A program made the position numbers and the translations under genes. This document shows, in pieces, positions 11,095 through 21,818 of a DNA stretch of 46,137 nucleotides. The notes under the pieces were generated by a model. That model was given only the letters and a program-made list of their open reading frames with translations. It made no database searches and was not told the DNA's origin. Source of the DNA: Hyphochytrium catenoides. Its lineage: Eukaryota > Protista > Hyphochytriomycota. The stretch is from assembly GCA_900088475.1 (NCBI GenBank), contig FLMG01000007.1, positions 1 through 46,137 of the forward strand, given 5' to 3'. Position 1 is the first letter of the stretch. Each line of letters starts with the position of its first letter.

Positions 11095-13236
11095 ATGGAG
11101 CGCATCTTTACCTCTCATGGGGTGCTCTTTGACAAGGATGATGACGAAGTCGGGCCCAAACGCAGGTCGTGTGCTTCGGACTCCGAAGGAAGGTTAGCGA
11201 AAACGTTTCTAGGAACAGTGCTGAACACTCTCCCAGTTCTTAAGTGACCTTGTGTGCTGTCTCTTTTTCTATGTACTGCACGTTTGCAGTGATGGCGAAG
11301 AACCAGCGGCTGTTCGTTCTGCACATGATCCAGCAGGCCCATGGCGCAAGCCAGAGTTTCCAAACATCGTTCGGGGTCGTCAAGGCCGGAGCTCAATGAA
11401 CACTGGGCCAAAGGGGGTGATCAAGGACTATCTGAACCATATTTCCAGCAAATCGGTAGGACACTAGTTCCTCTAATAGCTCTTGAGGCCATGCGATACT
11501 GACATTAGGTGCTCCCGATTCACTAGGCCCTCTTGGAGTCGGAGGAGGACGAAGGCCATTCGCATGCACCTAAGAGCAATCAACGAGCAGTACCGGAAAG
11601 CACAGGAGCCTCGCAGACTTCTCAGGTGGGCCTACTTGCTTGAGCGGGTCAACTATGTGTGGGAAGGTCGATAAACCAAGAGTAGTAGCAGGGGCAAGGG
11701 GTGAGCACAGGGTCGTGCTGTCCAAATATAACATACTTGGTAGAACTATCGGACAAGGAACGGGTTACAGCGTAAAAGAGAGCCTAACGTGAAGACCCTC
11801 GTCATTGCTAATGCCCAACTGATGTCCATCAGCTCTCTGACGATGATAACAGTGAAGACGAGGCATTTCTTCAGGAACTTAGGTCAAAGAGGCTGCAAGA
11901 GCTGAAGGAACTGATGTCAAGGTGAGCCGAGGAGTTACCTTTCTCAAAGGTTATCCTCAATTTCCTCCCTGTGGCGTTTGCCTATCACTCCCTCTATCAT
12001 ATGCTTGCCTACTTAATGAAGAGGTACGGTCATATCATATGGGCTCTGCTAATACTGGTCTGCGATGGTTGTAGGCCGAGGTTTGGAAAGGTACAGGATG
12101 TAGATGCGCAGGGTTTTCTGAAAGCTGTGGATGAGGAAGATCCAAGAGTCTCAGTAGTAGCGCTGATCTTTGAACACGTAAGGTTTCCTTGCCAGCTACT
12201 TCCGCTTTTGCCTAATGACAACTGGTGACGAATAGCCCTTCCTCAGCCAAACTAGACTTCTGTGTAGGGAGCTCCTATCTGTCTCTCGCCTGTTTTCTTC
12301 TTGTCAATCGGTACCTTCTTTCTAGCATTGCGTAGCTTCTAGCTCATTCTGCTTACCTTACCAGAATTGTGAACTCTTTTTTATAGTTTTTATGGTGTCT
12401 TCTCCTTTTCTACGCACCCTCTTCCGCCATTGCGCGTGCTTTGAGAACGTAATGGAATGTCCTGGGTCGCTTGCTCCCTTTACTGCTCTGATTTGACAAA
12501 TGCTGGCCGTCGTTTGATTCTCAACTGCCTTTATCGGAGCCCAGGGAGTACCCGAGTGTCAAGCGATATATAGGAGCTTTCCTCACATTGCTGGCCGATA
12601 CCCTTTCACCAAGGTGATATAAGAGCGTTGAAGTGCTACCTGCTTTGCCCTATCCCTGACTCATGGATAACCATGATCAACGTTAGCGTATATGTTTGGT
12701 GCTCCACGGTTCTTCCTTCGCCTGTCAATTGCTATTCTGACAAGCTGCAATTCGATTAACTTTCCTTCGACGTGATCACACAGTTCCTCCGCTTGAAAAG
12801 CTCGGCGACAAGCAGAAATTTTGATAAGATTGTCCTGCCAGTCATTTTAGTGTATCGGTAAGTGCACGACGAAGGCTTGAATAGTAGGAGCTTGGGAAGG
12901 TGCTGCTGGAAGTATCTGACATCCGACATTTCACCCACTTTTGCCTTGAAGAGGTGGCGCACAGGATCTCTGCTTGACCAACGTGGATAGGGAGCTGGAC
13001 CAAGACATTGATGTGGACGCATTGGAATGGCTGCTGCACAAGTGGGTGATGTTGATGGCCTCTTCCCTCCTCGTCCTCTTCCTGCTCCTCATCCCCTCGT
13101 TAACTTTGGATCTGGACGGCTGTGGCTTCCTGTTGTGCATTATTGGCTCCTTCACCTATCAGAACCCTTACAATAAAAATTTTCCTTTCCTACTAGGCAC
13201 AAGATTGTAGCTTTTGGGACGGGAACTAGTCAGTAG
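11095..13236 (+). CDS. PDCL: Phosducin-like protein, PhLP1 type (9 exons)
   Basis: GT-AG splicing gives MERIFTSHG...SMNTGPKGVIKDY...SDDDNSEDEAFLQELRSKRLQELK...PRFGKVQDVDAQGFLKAVDEEDPRVSVVALIFEH..CQAIYRSFPHIAGRYPFTKFLRLKSS...VLPVILVYRGG...LEWLLHKHKIV, ending at TAG 13234-13236. TGPKGVIxD is the G-beta-gamma-binding signature of phosducin/PhLP1, followed by the thioredoxin-like domain. Confidence 0.88.
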
Positions 13237-15104
13237 ATGAAGTAGAGCTTATCTTTGAACCTGTAACCTGTAGCAAGCCGGGCTTCTTATGACCGGTAGC
13301 ATTGTGGCGGCACAGCCGTTGAAGGCGTCCTGCAGTTCGAAGGTACTGTATGCCTACTTCCTCCTTCTCCCCGAGGATTAGAAGCCGCCCCGCTTAGGTA
13401 TTATCGTATTATCCATGGACAACCTATCACTCGCGACGGTCATCTTATTTCCAAATAAGGCACAAGAAGAAAAGCCGAGGGACATGACAATGTGCAATGT
13501 TCATTGGTACTTCCTAGACTTTGGTGGTCCATCATCCTGGACATCACCCGCACCCTACTAAATAAATACACGATTCTCTCTCGGGTAATAGAGTATGTAA
13601 GGATGACCCTAGAGAGTAACTTGCTAAAAAGGAGAAAGCTTCAGGTCCATCTTCCTTCTAAGAATGTGATTTCCCACCACTTCCTAGTCTCCCTTTTCCT
13701 AGGAAGTAGTACCAAGTCTCTCGTGTCCAAACGTCCACAGTCAGATGTACCCCAACTGTTTGGCATCACTGGCATCACCTTTCACATAAACATTTCGTCG
13801 CCTCGAAACTAGAAGTTCCAAGAGCTGTTCGAAGCTTGGCCACTCTGCCCCGCCGGGCCCCATCTCTACGAGTAGTTGCCAACGGCATACCTTTCACACT
13901 CCTAGTCATGTAGCTGGCGATTCAACAGTACGAGTAGCGCCACCTCACGGCATGGATGATGAGACAGGAAAGCATGAACAGAGTACAGAGTACGTACATC
14001 TCTAGGACGGAGGTACCATACCAGGAAAGGAACAAGCGAAGAGGGAAAAGGGGAAAAGGAATCTAGTCAGGGAGCGCAGTCTCTGGCACATGGCACACCC
14101 ACACCTAGCTGGCTCTCATCACGGCATACCAATATCGGAGTTATGCTACCTCTCATGTCCTGCTCCCCTCCTATAAAACCTGAACATCTAACGATAGAAC
14201 TACTCACCTCTGTGTTTTTTCACCGTCTCCGCTATTTAGAAGTCGTGTATGGCGTTTATTCAAAAAAGAAGATTCCCACGTCTGCTACTGTGAATCTTAC
14301 TTTGTAAAGTTTCCTCTGTGTGTTATTGTGTATGGTGTGTTCCTTTCCTGGGAATATTCCCCAGAGAAATGAAATGTTTCTTTCGCATGCGTTCGCTCAT
14401 CCACCTTGAGTGATGGATGGCTCTAACTTCTTCTCTCTGTTGTACCACTTCGCTCTTTCTCTTTCTCTTTATCTCTCGTCCTGCTATCCTCTTTCTCTCC
14501 CTATCTCTCCTGTTTTTCTTGCCTCTAAGGCATCACTCTGTCTCCCAATTATAGCGGCACTGTCTCATAATATCATCGCTGTTCTCCCAACCCTTATGTC
14601 TCTCTTGTCAAGAGTAATCATCTCTCGCTCTTACTCTGTTTCCTCGTAGTTCTCGGTCTGTCTCAGGATGTGAGGGCCAAACGGATCGATATCCCCTCCC
14701 CTGTCTTCCGAGTCATCTGCGGGGGCTGGAGCGTGTCAGCGGGAAGAGCGAACGCCGTCCCACCCGCACTTCCATCCCAACTTTTCTTTTCCCAAACTCC
14801 ATACAGATTATCTGCAGACCGCCTGTATGCCCAGCTTCAAGCTGGACCAGAACTGTCCTCTATGGGTAATTAGTATGGGGACAGGCGTTGCTTGACTGGT
14901 AGCAGAGCAGAAAGACTGATACTTTCTAATCTTCTAATTCAAAGCAGTGGCATTCGTGGGCTGCCTGAGAAGGACACAAGTCTCACGGCAAATTGAAAGT
15001 GGACAACTAGCGGTCAGCCACTGACATCTCAGCGGCACGAAAGGAAGCTCAATGAAGCGGAGCTTGCGATAACAGACGATTTCTTCCCAGTTTCTTGTCT
15101 CGTC

Positions 15105-16430
15105 GTGCCAAGCACACATCGACACTTTCGAGGGTTTGGTAAACAGCTGACTGGTCTACCTCTTGCCGCTATTGCCGCAGAGATTATGCTTGCACCTCAT
15201 GCATCATGCAGCGATAGGCCGCGCACCGCTACCAATACAGTCTCCTCCAGTGAGGTTGATCGTGCACTCTGCAAGGCTGGATGGGAGGAGCTTGGCAGCG
15301 GCTCTTTGTGGGATAGACTGCGGGTAGCTCTGCAAGGACAGGGAAGAAGTGCCAGTGTACCAGCCAAGTACCCTTCAAGTCAGTCTTCGGGTTCAAGATG
15401 GGCCCGCTTTAGCGCTCCGGAAAAAGCAGGAAATGTAAATCAACCTCACATTGGACATAGCCTTTCAGAACATCCTAAAAAGGATGGGGATAGCTTTTAC
15501 ATAGCTGCAGCGGTCATTGAAGTGACATGCACCCAGTCAACGGAAGAGACGAAAGAAAGTAAGCCCATCCCCAACCTTGCTCCGATTGCAGCACGAGGAC
15601 AGACAAAGCATTCGGAATCATGCGCTGCCGACTCTCTACGCTCTTCCTCGCATACTCCTTCCACTGCTCTTTCGCCGAAGGTAACCAAGATAGCCAGCTG
15701 GATGGCAAAAGCTGCGTGCTTGAAACAGATGACTTTCATTGATGACAAGCTGATAGACCAAATTAGAACAGACCGCATACAACGCGTGGATCTCAGCCAC
15801 CGGGGAATAGATAACGACCGATTTCTCTGCGCGATGCTCCACCCGCTCGCCCTGAACACCTCCGTAACGGAGTTGGATCTCTCGTTCAACAAGCTTAATA
15901 CGCTGGCGCTCACAGCCCTGGCTCATGTTCTTGGGTCTGCGCAGACGAACATCAGCAAGCTGAAGCTTAGTAACACTAAGATCGGTGATGAAGGATTACA
16001 GAGGTTGGCTTTCGGACTCGCAGCAAACAACACTGTGGTGCACTTAGATGTGTCCGAATGCGGGATCACCTCTCAAGGGTTGAGTAGCTTCGCTACGACC
16101 TTGCTTGCACGGAAACGCGAAGGCTCACTGATTGAATTCATTCTTAGAGGCAACCAGCTAAGTGATTCCGGGATGGCGCAGCTAGGAGAATTGCTAATTA
16201 AGGAGTCAGTAGTTAGAGTTGATTTGGGAACTTCTGCGTCAGGACAGGCTAACTCTATCAGCCATAACGGCGTCCGGAAGATGGCATCCGCTATCGGTGC
16301 GGCAGGTTCAAAGGTGAATTTAAGGCAGTTGAGGCTTACGGGAAATCCCTTGAAGAGGAAAGCTGGCAAACGTGCCCTACAACTGCTTCAGTCTCAGTGC
16401 GAAGGCTGTCACATTGAGTTCTTGCACTAG
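15105..16430 (+). CDS. Ribonuclease-inhibitor-like leucine-rich-repeat protein with a disordered N-terminal half
   Basis: 441-aa ORF with about seven 28-residue repeats (VTELDLSFNKL, ISKLKLSNTKIGDEG, VVHLDVSECGITSQG, LIEFILRGNQLSDSG, LRQLRLTGNPL). The start is uncertain: the track start is GTG, the first ATG is near 15186, and the frame is open back to a possible acceptor near 15032. Confidence 0.8.
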   Translation: MPSTHRHFRGFGKQLTGLPLAAIAAEIMLAPHASCSDRPRTATNTVSSSEVDRALCKAGWEELGSGSLWDRLRVALQGQGRSASVPAKYPSSQSSGSRWARFSAPEKAGNVNQPHIGHSLSEHPKKDGDSFYIAAAVIEVTCTQSTEETKESKPIPNLAPIAARGQTKHSESCAADSLRSSSHTPSTALSPKVTKIASWMAKAACLKQMTFIDDKLIDQIRTDRIQRVDLSHRGIDNDRFLCAMLHPLALNTSVTELDLSFNKLNTLALTALAHVLGSAQTNISKLKLSNTKIGDEGLQRLAFGLAANNTVVHLDVSECGITSQGLSSFATTLLARKREGSLIEFILRGNQLSDSGMAQLGELLIKESVVRVDLGTSASGQANSISHNGVRKMASAIGAAGSKVNLRQLRLTGNPLKRKAGKRALQLLQSQCEGCHIEFLH

Positions 16431-16875
16431 TGCGGCCGCTGAGGGGACAGCAGGCCTACTAAAGTGCTATTGCGATCCTGTTCGGTTTAGCACTACTACT
16501 ATAACAGGATCAGTATTTATTTTTTGGATCTGGGTAAAATGATCTAAGCGCCCTGCGCTGGGCGAATGATAGTCCGCTATAGCTTCAAAAACCTGTAATA
16601 TAACCTATTCCTAATAGATCAGTATGGCCCAAGGGAGATTGTCACTAATAGCTTACTCCATTGGCCGTTAGGGCCAAAGGTCAACGCTCACTGGCCCTGA
16701 TATTGAGAGTCGGAACTGCAGAGCTTCTGACCTTCTCCCTCCAGACATTCTGTCACCTTGTCAGGGTAGAAGAGAGAAGAGTGCGCCGTTGGGGAGTCTA
16801 CCATACTCAAGTTTGTGGTTACCAAGCTTTGCTCGGCAAGGAGAGAAGAAAGAGCTACTTTGCGCCTAGACTTCC

Positions 16876-18671
16876 TCATGACACTCCCTCCACCGTAGAA
16901 TCGTAGGGGATAGCAGCCTCGTACACCAGAGAGTTAGAGTCAGTAGCCAATGCTCCCAGGACCATGTGCTCTCGGTTCACTGTTACTAGGAAGAACCCTA
17001 AGTCCAGACCTAAGAACTGGAGAAGGGGAGAATCTGATACGCTCTCTTTGGCTCTGTGGACGCCGTAACCACCTGAAAGAGTTGATAAAAGGGTTATTGG
17101 GAAAAACAGTCTTCTTTCCCTCATATATTTTGCCTGACCTCCTCCTGAGACAAAGTAGTTCAACGTAGTACCATCCCAGGTTTCAGCGAGATGTTGCAAG
17201 CTATGGTCATGCCCGCTAAAGTAGGCATGGACCCCTTCACGCTTTAGGAGAGGCCGCAAATTCTGTATAAGCTCCTGACGTCACAATGTTCAACGTTAGT
17301 ACAGCCAATGGAGGGCAAGTGAGCCGTGAGTCGCCTGCTATTACCTCGGTGGGTCCATTGCCCGCAAGACTGTGCACACCCCAGTGACCAACAACAACTT
17401 TCCACAGCCTGTCGACTCCTTCCCTCGCTGGCGGCTTGGCCAGTGTTTGCTGAATCCACCGATATTGGTCCCATCTGTGCCAGCATCAGTAATAGCCGTA
17501 GAATGTATATGCGTTGGTGATCGTGAGTGAACACCTTCTCACCTCTCATCCGGATCAGTCTGTGCCACAATCCTCTTACCACATCTGAAGTTCCGCGGTT
17601 CAGCGCCACAGACCAGAGAGCAGGCATCTAGAACTACGAACCTGTCAAGGGCGAATGCAGCTCTTAGTCGTGCTCCTTCAGTGTCTCTTAGGAGCCAGCA
17701 AAACACACCTAATATCTGTATGCTCATCCACCCGCTTGTCCAGTGAGTAGTAGCGAGAAGGAAAGTGCCACAACAAGCTTTTGCTAGCGTAATCCAGTTC
17801 TGCAGTTATATTTCCCTCACAGTCATGGTTACCTAAGCTGATGGGCAGAACGATAGAGGTGTAAAAGAACCAATCAGAAGGGACTATACCGCAGAAAAGA
17901 AGGAGAGCAGGCTCACCTCATATGCCATGGCACCTGGAGCTCAGGATGAGTGTAAACCTCCTCAAACTTCTCCCTAAACTGAGGATCATCGCTTCTCTTC
18001 ACGCTGTTTAACAGGAAAGTGCCAGACGAAGAGCGATCAGATGGGTGCAATCTATCACGATTCTGTAGGCGGAAATTAGTCTCGTACCCATGAGGATAAA
18101 TCTGGTCTCCTGTGGAGAGGATGAACGAGGGGTGGTAAAGAGCTGCTATGCTAGCCATGCGGCTTGCAATGGCCGCCTGATACTCGGATCCTGTCCCATA
18201 GTCACCCACAAGCAAGAACTCGAGAGTGGTGCTGTTGGTACTTCCGCGGCTAGCAACGTCGCTGTTCGTAGTGCCTTTTCCGGAACGAAATCCTTTGTGT
18301 TGGCGCTTGACGAGCTTCCCGAACGTCTTGCTGCTTGTAATAGGTCGCTTCTGTTGGGGCTCGACACTTTGCCCAAACAAGAAGGTTCCCGGAACAAGTT
18401 CACCGTCCTTCTTTTGAGAAGCGTCTTCTCTTGTTCGGAGGTGCTGCTGCACTCCTTCCTGCATCCCTACCCTCCTGTCATGCACAGAGGAGTAGAGCTG
18501 TACGCCAGACCAGTAGTAGAGCGCAGTAAAGAGGAAGCATCCAACGCCAATGGCAAGCTTGCCCCTCCCGCTGCCATTGCGGCTTGCTCTGGTAAGCCGC
18601 CTCCCGCTACCGCTGGATGTGCTCGCAGTCGACGATGACTGTCTTAACAAGCTGGAGTTAGACCCCACCAT
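16876..18671 (-). CDS. Purple/tartrate-resistant acid phosphatase (calcineurin-like metallophosphoesterase) with an N-terminal membrane anchor
   Basis: Spliced exons contain all five metal-binding blocks: GDYG, GDQIY, LGNHD, VVGH and FSGHDH, plus YFVSGGGG. A single hydrophobic segment (LAIGVGCFLFTALYYW) follows a basic stretch. The first in-frame ATG is at 18671. Confidence 0.9.
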
Positions 18672-19577
18672 AATCCCTGGCACCTTGACGCTCTCAACCG
18701 CCAGATGCAAAGATTCCCTTCATCTGCCAGCATCTATCTACCTTGGATATATGAAAGGGTGGCCTCTTCGTATCGAGAAAATCTGAGTAATTCTTCCTCT
18801 CTTACCGCTGCCCTTCTGCCACTTTCCTTTGCGGAAAGAGCCAGAAAAAATGGGAAAGCTCCGTTACTGACCTTTACAGGAAGACTACAGGACTACAATA
18901 TTGAAACCCAAACCCATAAATGTGAAACTGAGCGAGAATTATAGGACCCGAGGCGAGCTTCTAGCCCCGTCAATCCCTTTCTCAGGAATTAGCTAGTATT
19001 AAGGTTGTATGTTTATATTAGGAAGGCGGCTAATATTGCGACTATTAAAAGCTGCCGACTGAAGTGGAACCAATCTGAAGCGCCACAAAACCACCTTCCC
19101 AATCGGCAGTGGTGCCTGCGTTGCGCTTGACGTGGGCAGCAGCGGCAGATGCTTTATGCAGGCAGCGCAATGGTAAGGCACTGACTGCTTTCATTGATGT
19201 TCTTGGTATCCAGCCTGGTCCCAGGCATCAGACGATATATCTGTAGGTGGCAGGGCAAAATGTTGTCTCTACCTTTGAAGACCATGTCTCTCTTCAAGCA
19301 AGACATCAATGATAGCCACACTTATTTATTATCCACGAACGAACTTTTGGCTGGGAGAGAGTCTCAAAGTTAGCTTTGGCTCATCTTGCAGACCCTATCA
19401 TGCCACGCCCATGCACAGCCGACCTCTGAGCTCTCCCTTCTACACTTCACAGAAGTAGTCGGGAGGACAGAAACATGGGACAATTCTACTCCGGCGATAA
19501 CACCATCCTTAGCTTAGTAGCAGCCTCAAGCACTGACACTTAAGAACTGCTTCGTCTATTCCCGCTGTGCAAAAATA

Positions 19578-20687
19578 TCACCAGTAGGAGGAGTGCCTTC
19601 GGAACCAGCACGTAACCATGCGCTTTCGCTCTTCAAGCAGCACATAAAAGAAGCTCCGACCATTTTCGTCCTCTGGGAATAAACTGTGCCCATCTTGAGC
19701 CCCAGATACCTGGAAGACCTTTGTGGAGATCTGGAGCTTGCCTGTCTTGGTGCTGCGATGTACGGAGACCAAGTCCTGCATATACAGGCCAGAGCGGACA
19801 AGAACATTGTCAGAGATTCGGGAAGAGAGGTAAAATACAAAATGCAACCTTGTATGCCTTCTTGGCGCAGTCTAAGTAAGTGCTAATGCTGTCATCCGGC
19901 TGGCAGAGAGATCCGCCAACAGCAAAAATCCTGAAGATGTGGAATAGAAACTCATCCTTCTCTTTTTCACTGAAGATCTGGACTCTTTCGCTCTCCTCGT
20001 TTAGCAGCATCTCACGCAGAAGGTCGTTGACGTAGACGCCGCTAAAGTCTTCATCCATACATTTCCGGATGTATCCGGAGCTGGACACTATGCCTGCAAA
20101 CATTATTGGGTAAAGGGAGATTATTTTGCGCGGTAGTGGGAAAGATCATGAAGCAGATCCCTACCGGACTGCTCTAGCCGGTCGAAGAACGACATGGATG
20201 TCACACTCACAGACAGCTCTTTGAAGGCGACCATCCCAGGATTTTGCCAGCACGGCATCTGAATCAGCAATGAGGATTGATGCATGGCAATTGGTTAGCA
20301 CACAAATCGAAAGAACCAAGTAAGCACGTCTTACCTTCATCCGCGACATTATTTGTGGATTTGATAGAATACACTTAAGAAGATCCGCCGGCCTAGATGG
20401 ATCCCAGCGCCTATTGGTCTTGAAGCACTCCACCTCCATCCCATCCAGGTTCCTGGTAGCTTGGGTCAGAAAGGTGCATGACATGTAACTCAAAGAAGTT
20501 TGACACACCACTGCAGAAGCTTCTCTGATAACTCATTGCTCTGAAAGTAGTTCAGTGTGTCCCCACCCGGAGTGAAGGTAGCATGATAGCTGTCAAGCTC
20601 ATCGGCATGACCCGCGGCTGAGGCGGCGTCTTTGCCTTCCCAATGGCTAGTGCCTTTACTAATGCTTGGAGAAGTGGGTTGTCGCAT
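19578..20687 (-). CDS. CFAP300: Cilia- and flagella-associated protein 300 (C11orf70 family, dynein arm assembly factor), 5 exons
   Basis: Spliced product includes ..ELSEKLLQW..SVTSMSFFDRLEQSGIVSSSGYIRKCMDE..VNDLLREMLLNEESE..IFSEKEKDEFLFHIFRIFAVGGSLCQPDDSISTYLDCAKKAYKDLVSVHR..ISTKVFQV..FFYVLLEERKRMVTCW. This matches the CFAP300 motifs as I recall them. Confidence 0.87.
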
Positions 20688-21818
20688 TTCGCTTGGGAGG
20701 TCAAAATACTCTTCCCTATGTCATCAACAATCGAATGAGCCATGCAATCACGCCAGTAGACAACTGCAGAAAGAATTGAAAAGGTCTTACATTGGCCAGA
20801 GTCCCTAACACAACTAAATTATTCAAGCTTGCAAAGTTCGGACGGACGCGGTGTGCTTTGATTAGGTCTACTTCTTCAAGGTCAGACTCTCTACCAGAAC
20901 CAGTCTAACACAGCGATGACTGGCTTTACAGCTCTAGTCACTTCACTGAACAAAGAGCCCTGTTGTTGAAATATCGCGGTCGAGCACCTCGCTGTCGAAC
21001 CAACACCCTGGCCAATGCTGGAGGATCATCAGTGTGAGACTGCGCTGCTCTTCTTCAGTCGCTGGCCGAAGGTTCGGGACCCAAGGTTCGGCCTTCAGGT
21101 CCACCGTCCAAATATAACAAAAGGGAATCAACACTACTCCACTTTGTGTCTCTTCAAGTTCACAGAAGGGTCGTTAGCGGTCCTGTTTGAGAAAGTTCAA
21201 CTCACTCTGATCTCTGTGTTGTATGATGGTGTATGGTCTCTACTCTAACTGGATGAAAGGAATCGTCCTTTTGATTTATTTCCACCTGTTCTAATCTCTA
21301 TTTTCGATGATTCGGAAAGATTTCCGAAACCTTTCCTCGCCAAGTTCCCGTACGTGATAACGCGGTGTGCGACAGTTGTCTGTGTACAAGTAGAAATATA
21401 ACGATAAAGACTTCGTAATTCTGAAGCTCCGTGAGACCAAAGGCGCAATGAAGATTGCGTCTGCCAGCTCTTGCGATCCATGATCCATGATATTGCACCG
21501 AGTTGCAACGGTAGATGGGGCTCTGAAGAGTGGCGAGTTACTGGCCTTGTAGTTGACTTTGAATTAGATTCTCATCTAGCTTTTCGTTTGCCATGGGCGC
21601 GGTTATTGTGCAGCGCAGTGGAGTGTTTGATGGTCTCCCTATCGACAGTAGAAATGGTCAATAAGAGCGCCGTGTTTGTAATAGGGCTCATGCAGCAGCC
21701 TCTTGAACTTCTGGGTTAACGCACTCGTGGCCTGGCCAATTGCTGACCGCCTACCGCTGTGGACACGCATTCTATGCATAGTGTAACAGCTTTCTCTTTG
21801 TGACGTCCCAACGCCATC

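Noticed and set aside
13679-13708. 9-bp inverted repeat ACTTCCTAG / CTAGGAAGT
   Set aside because: Too short and isolated, with no target-site duplication or second copy to support a MITE.
15105-16430. LRR gene as an NLR-type immune receptor
   Set aside because: No NACHT/NB-ARC P-loop or effector domain is visible; only the LRR region resembles NLRs.
21060-21096. Hairpin with repeated AAGGTTCGG, suggestive of a tRNA T-loop
   Set aside because: No acceptor stem, D-arm or anticodon arm can be built around it.
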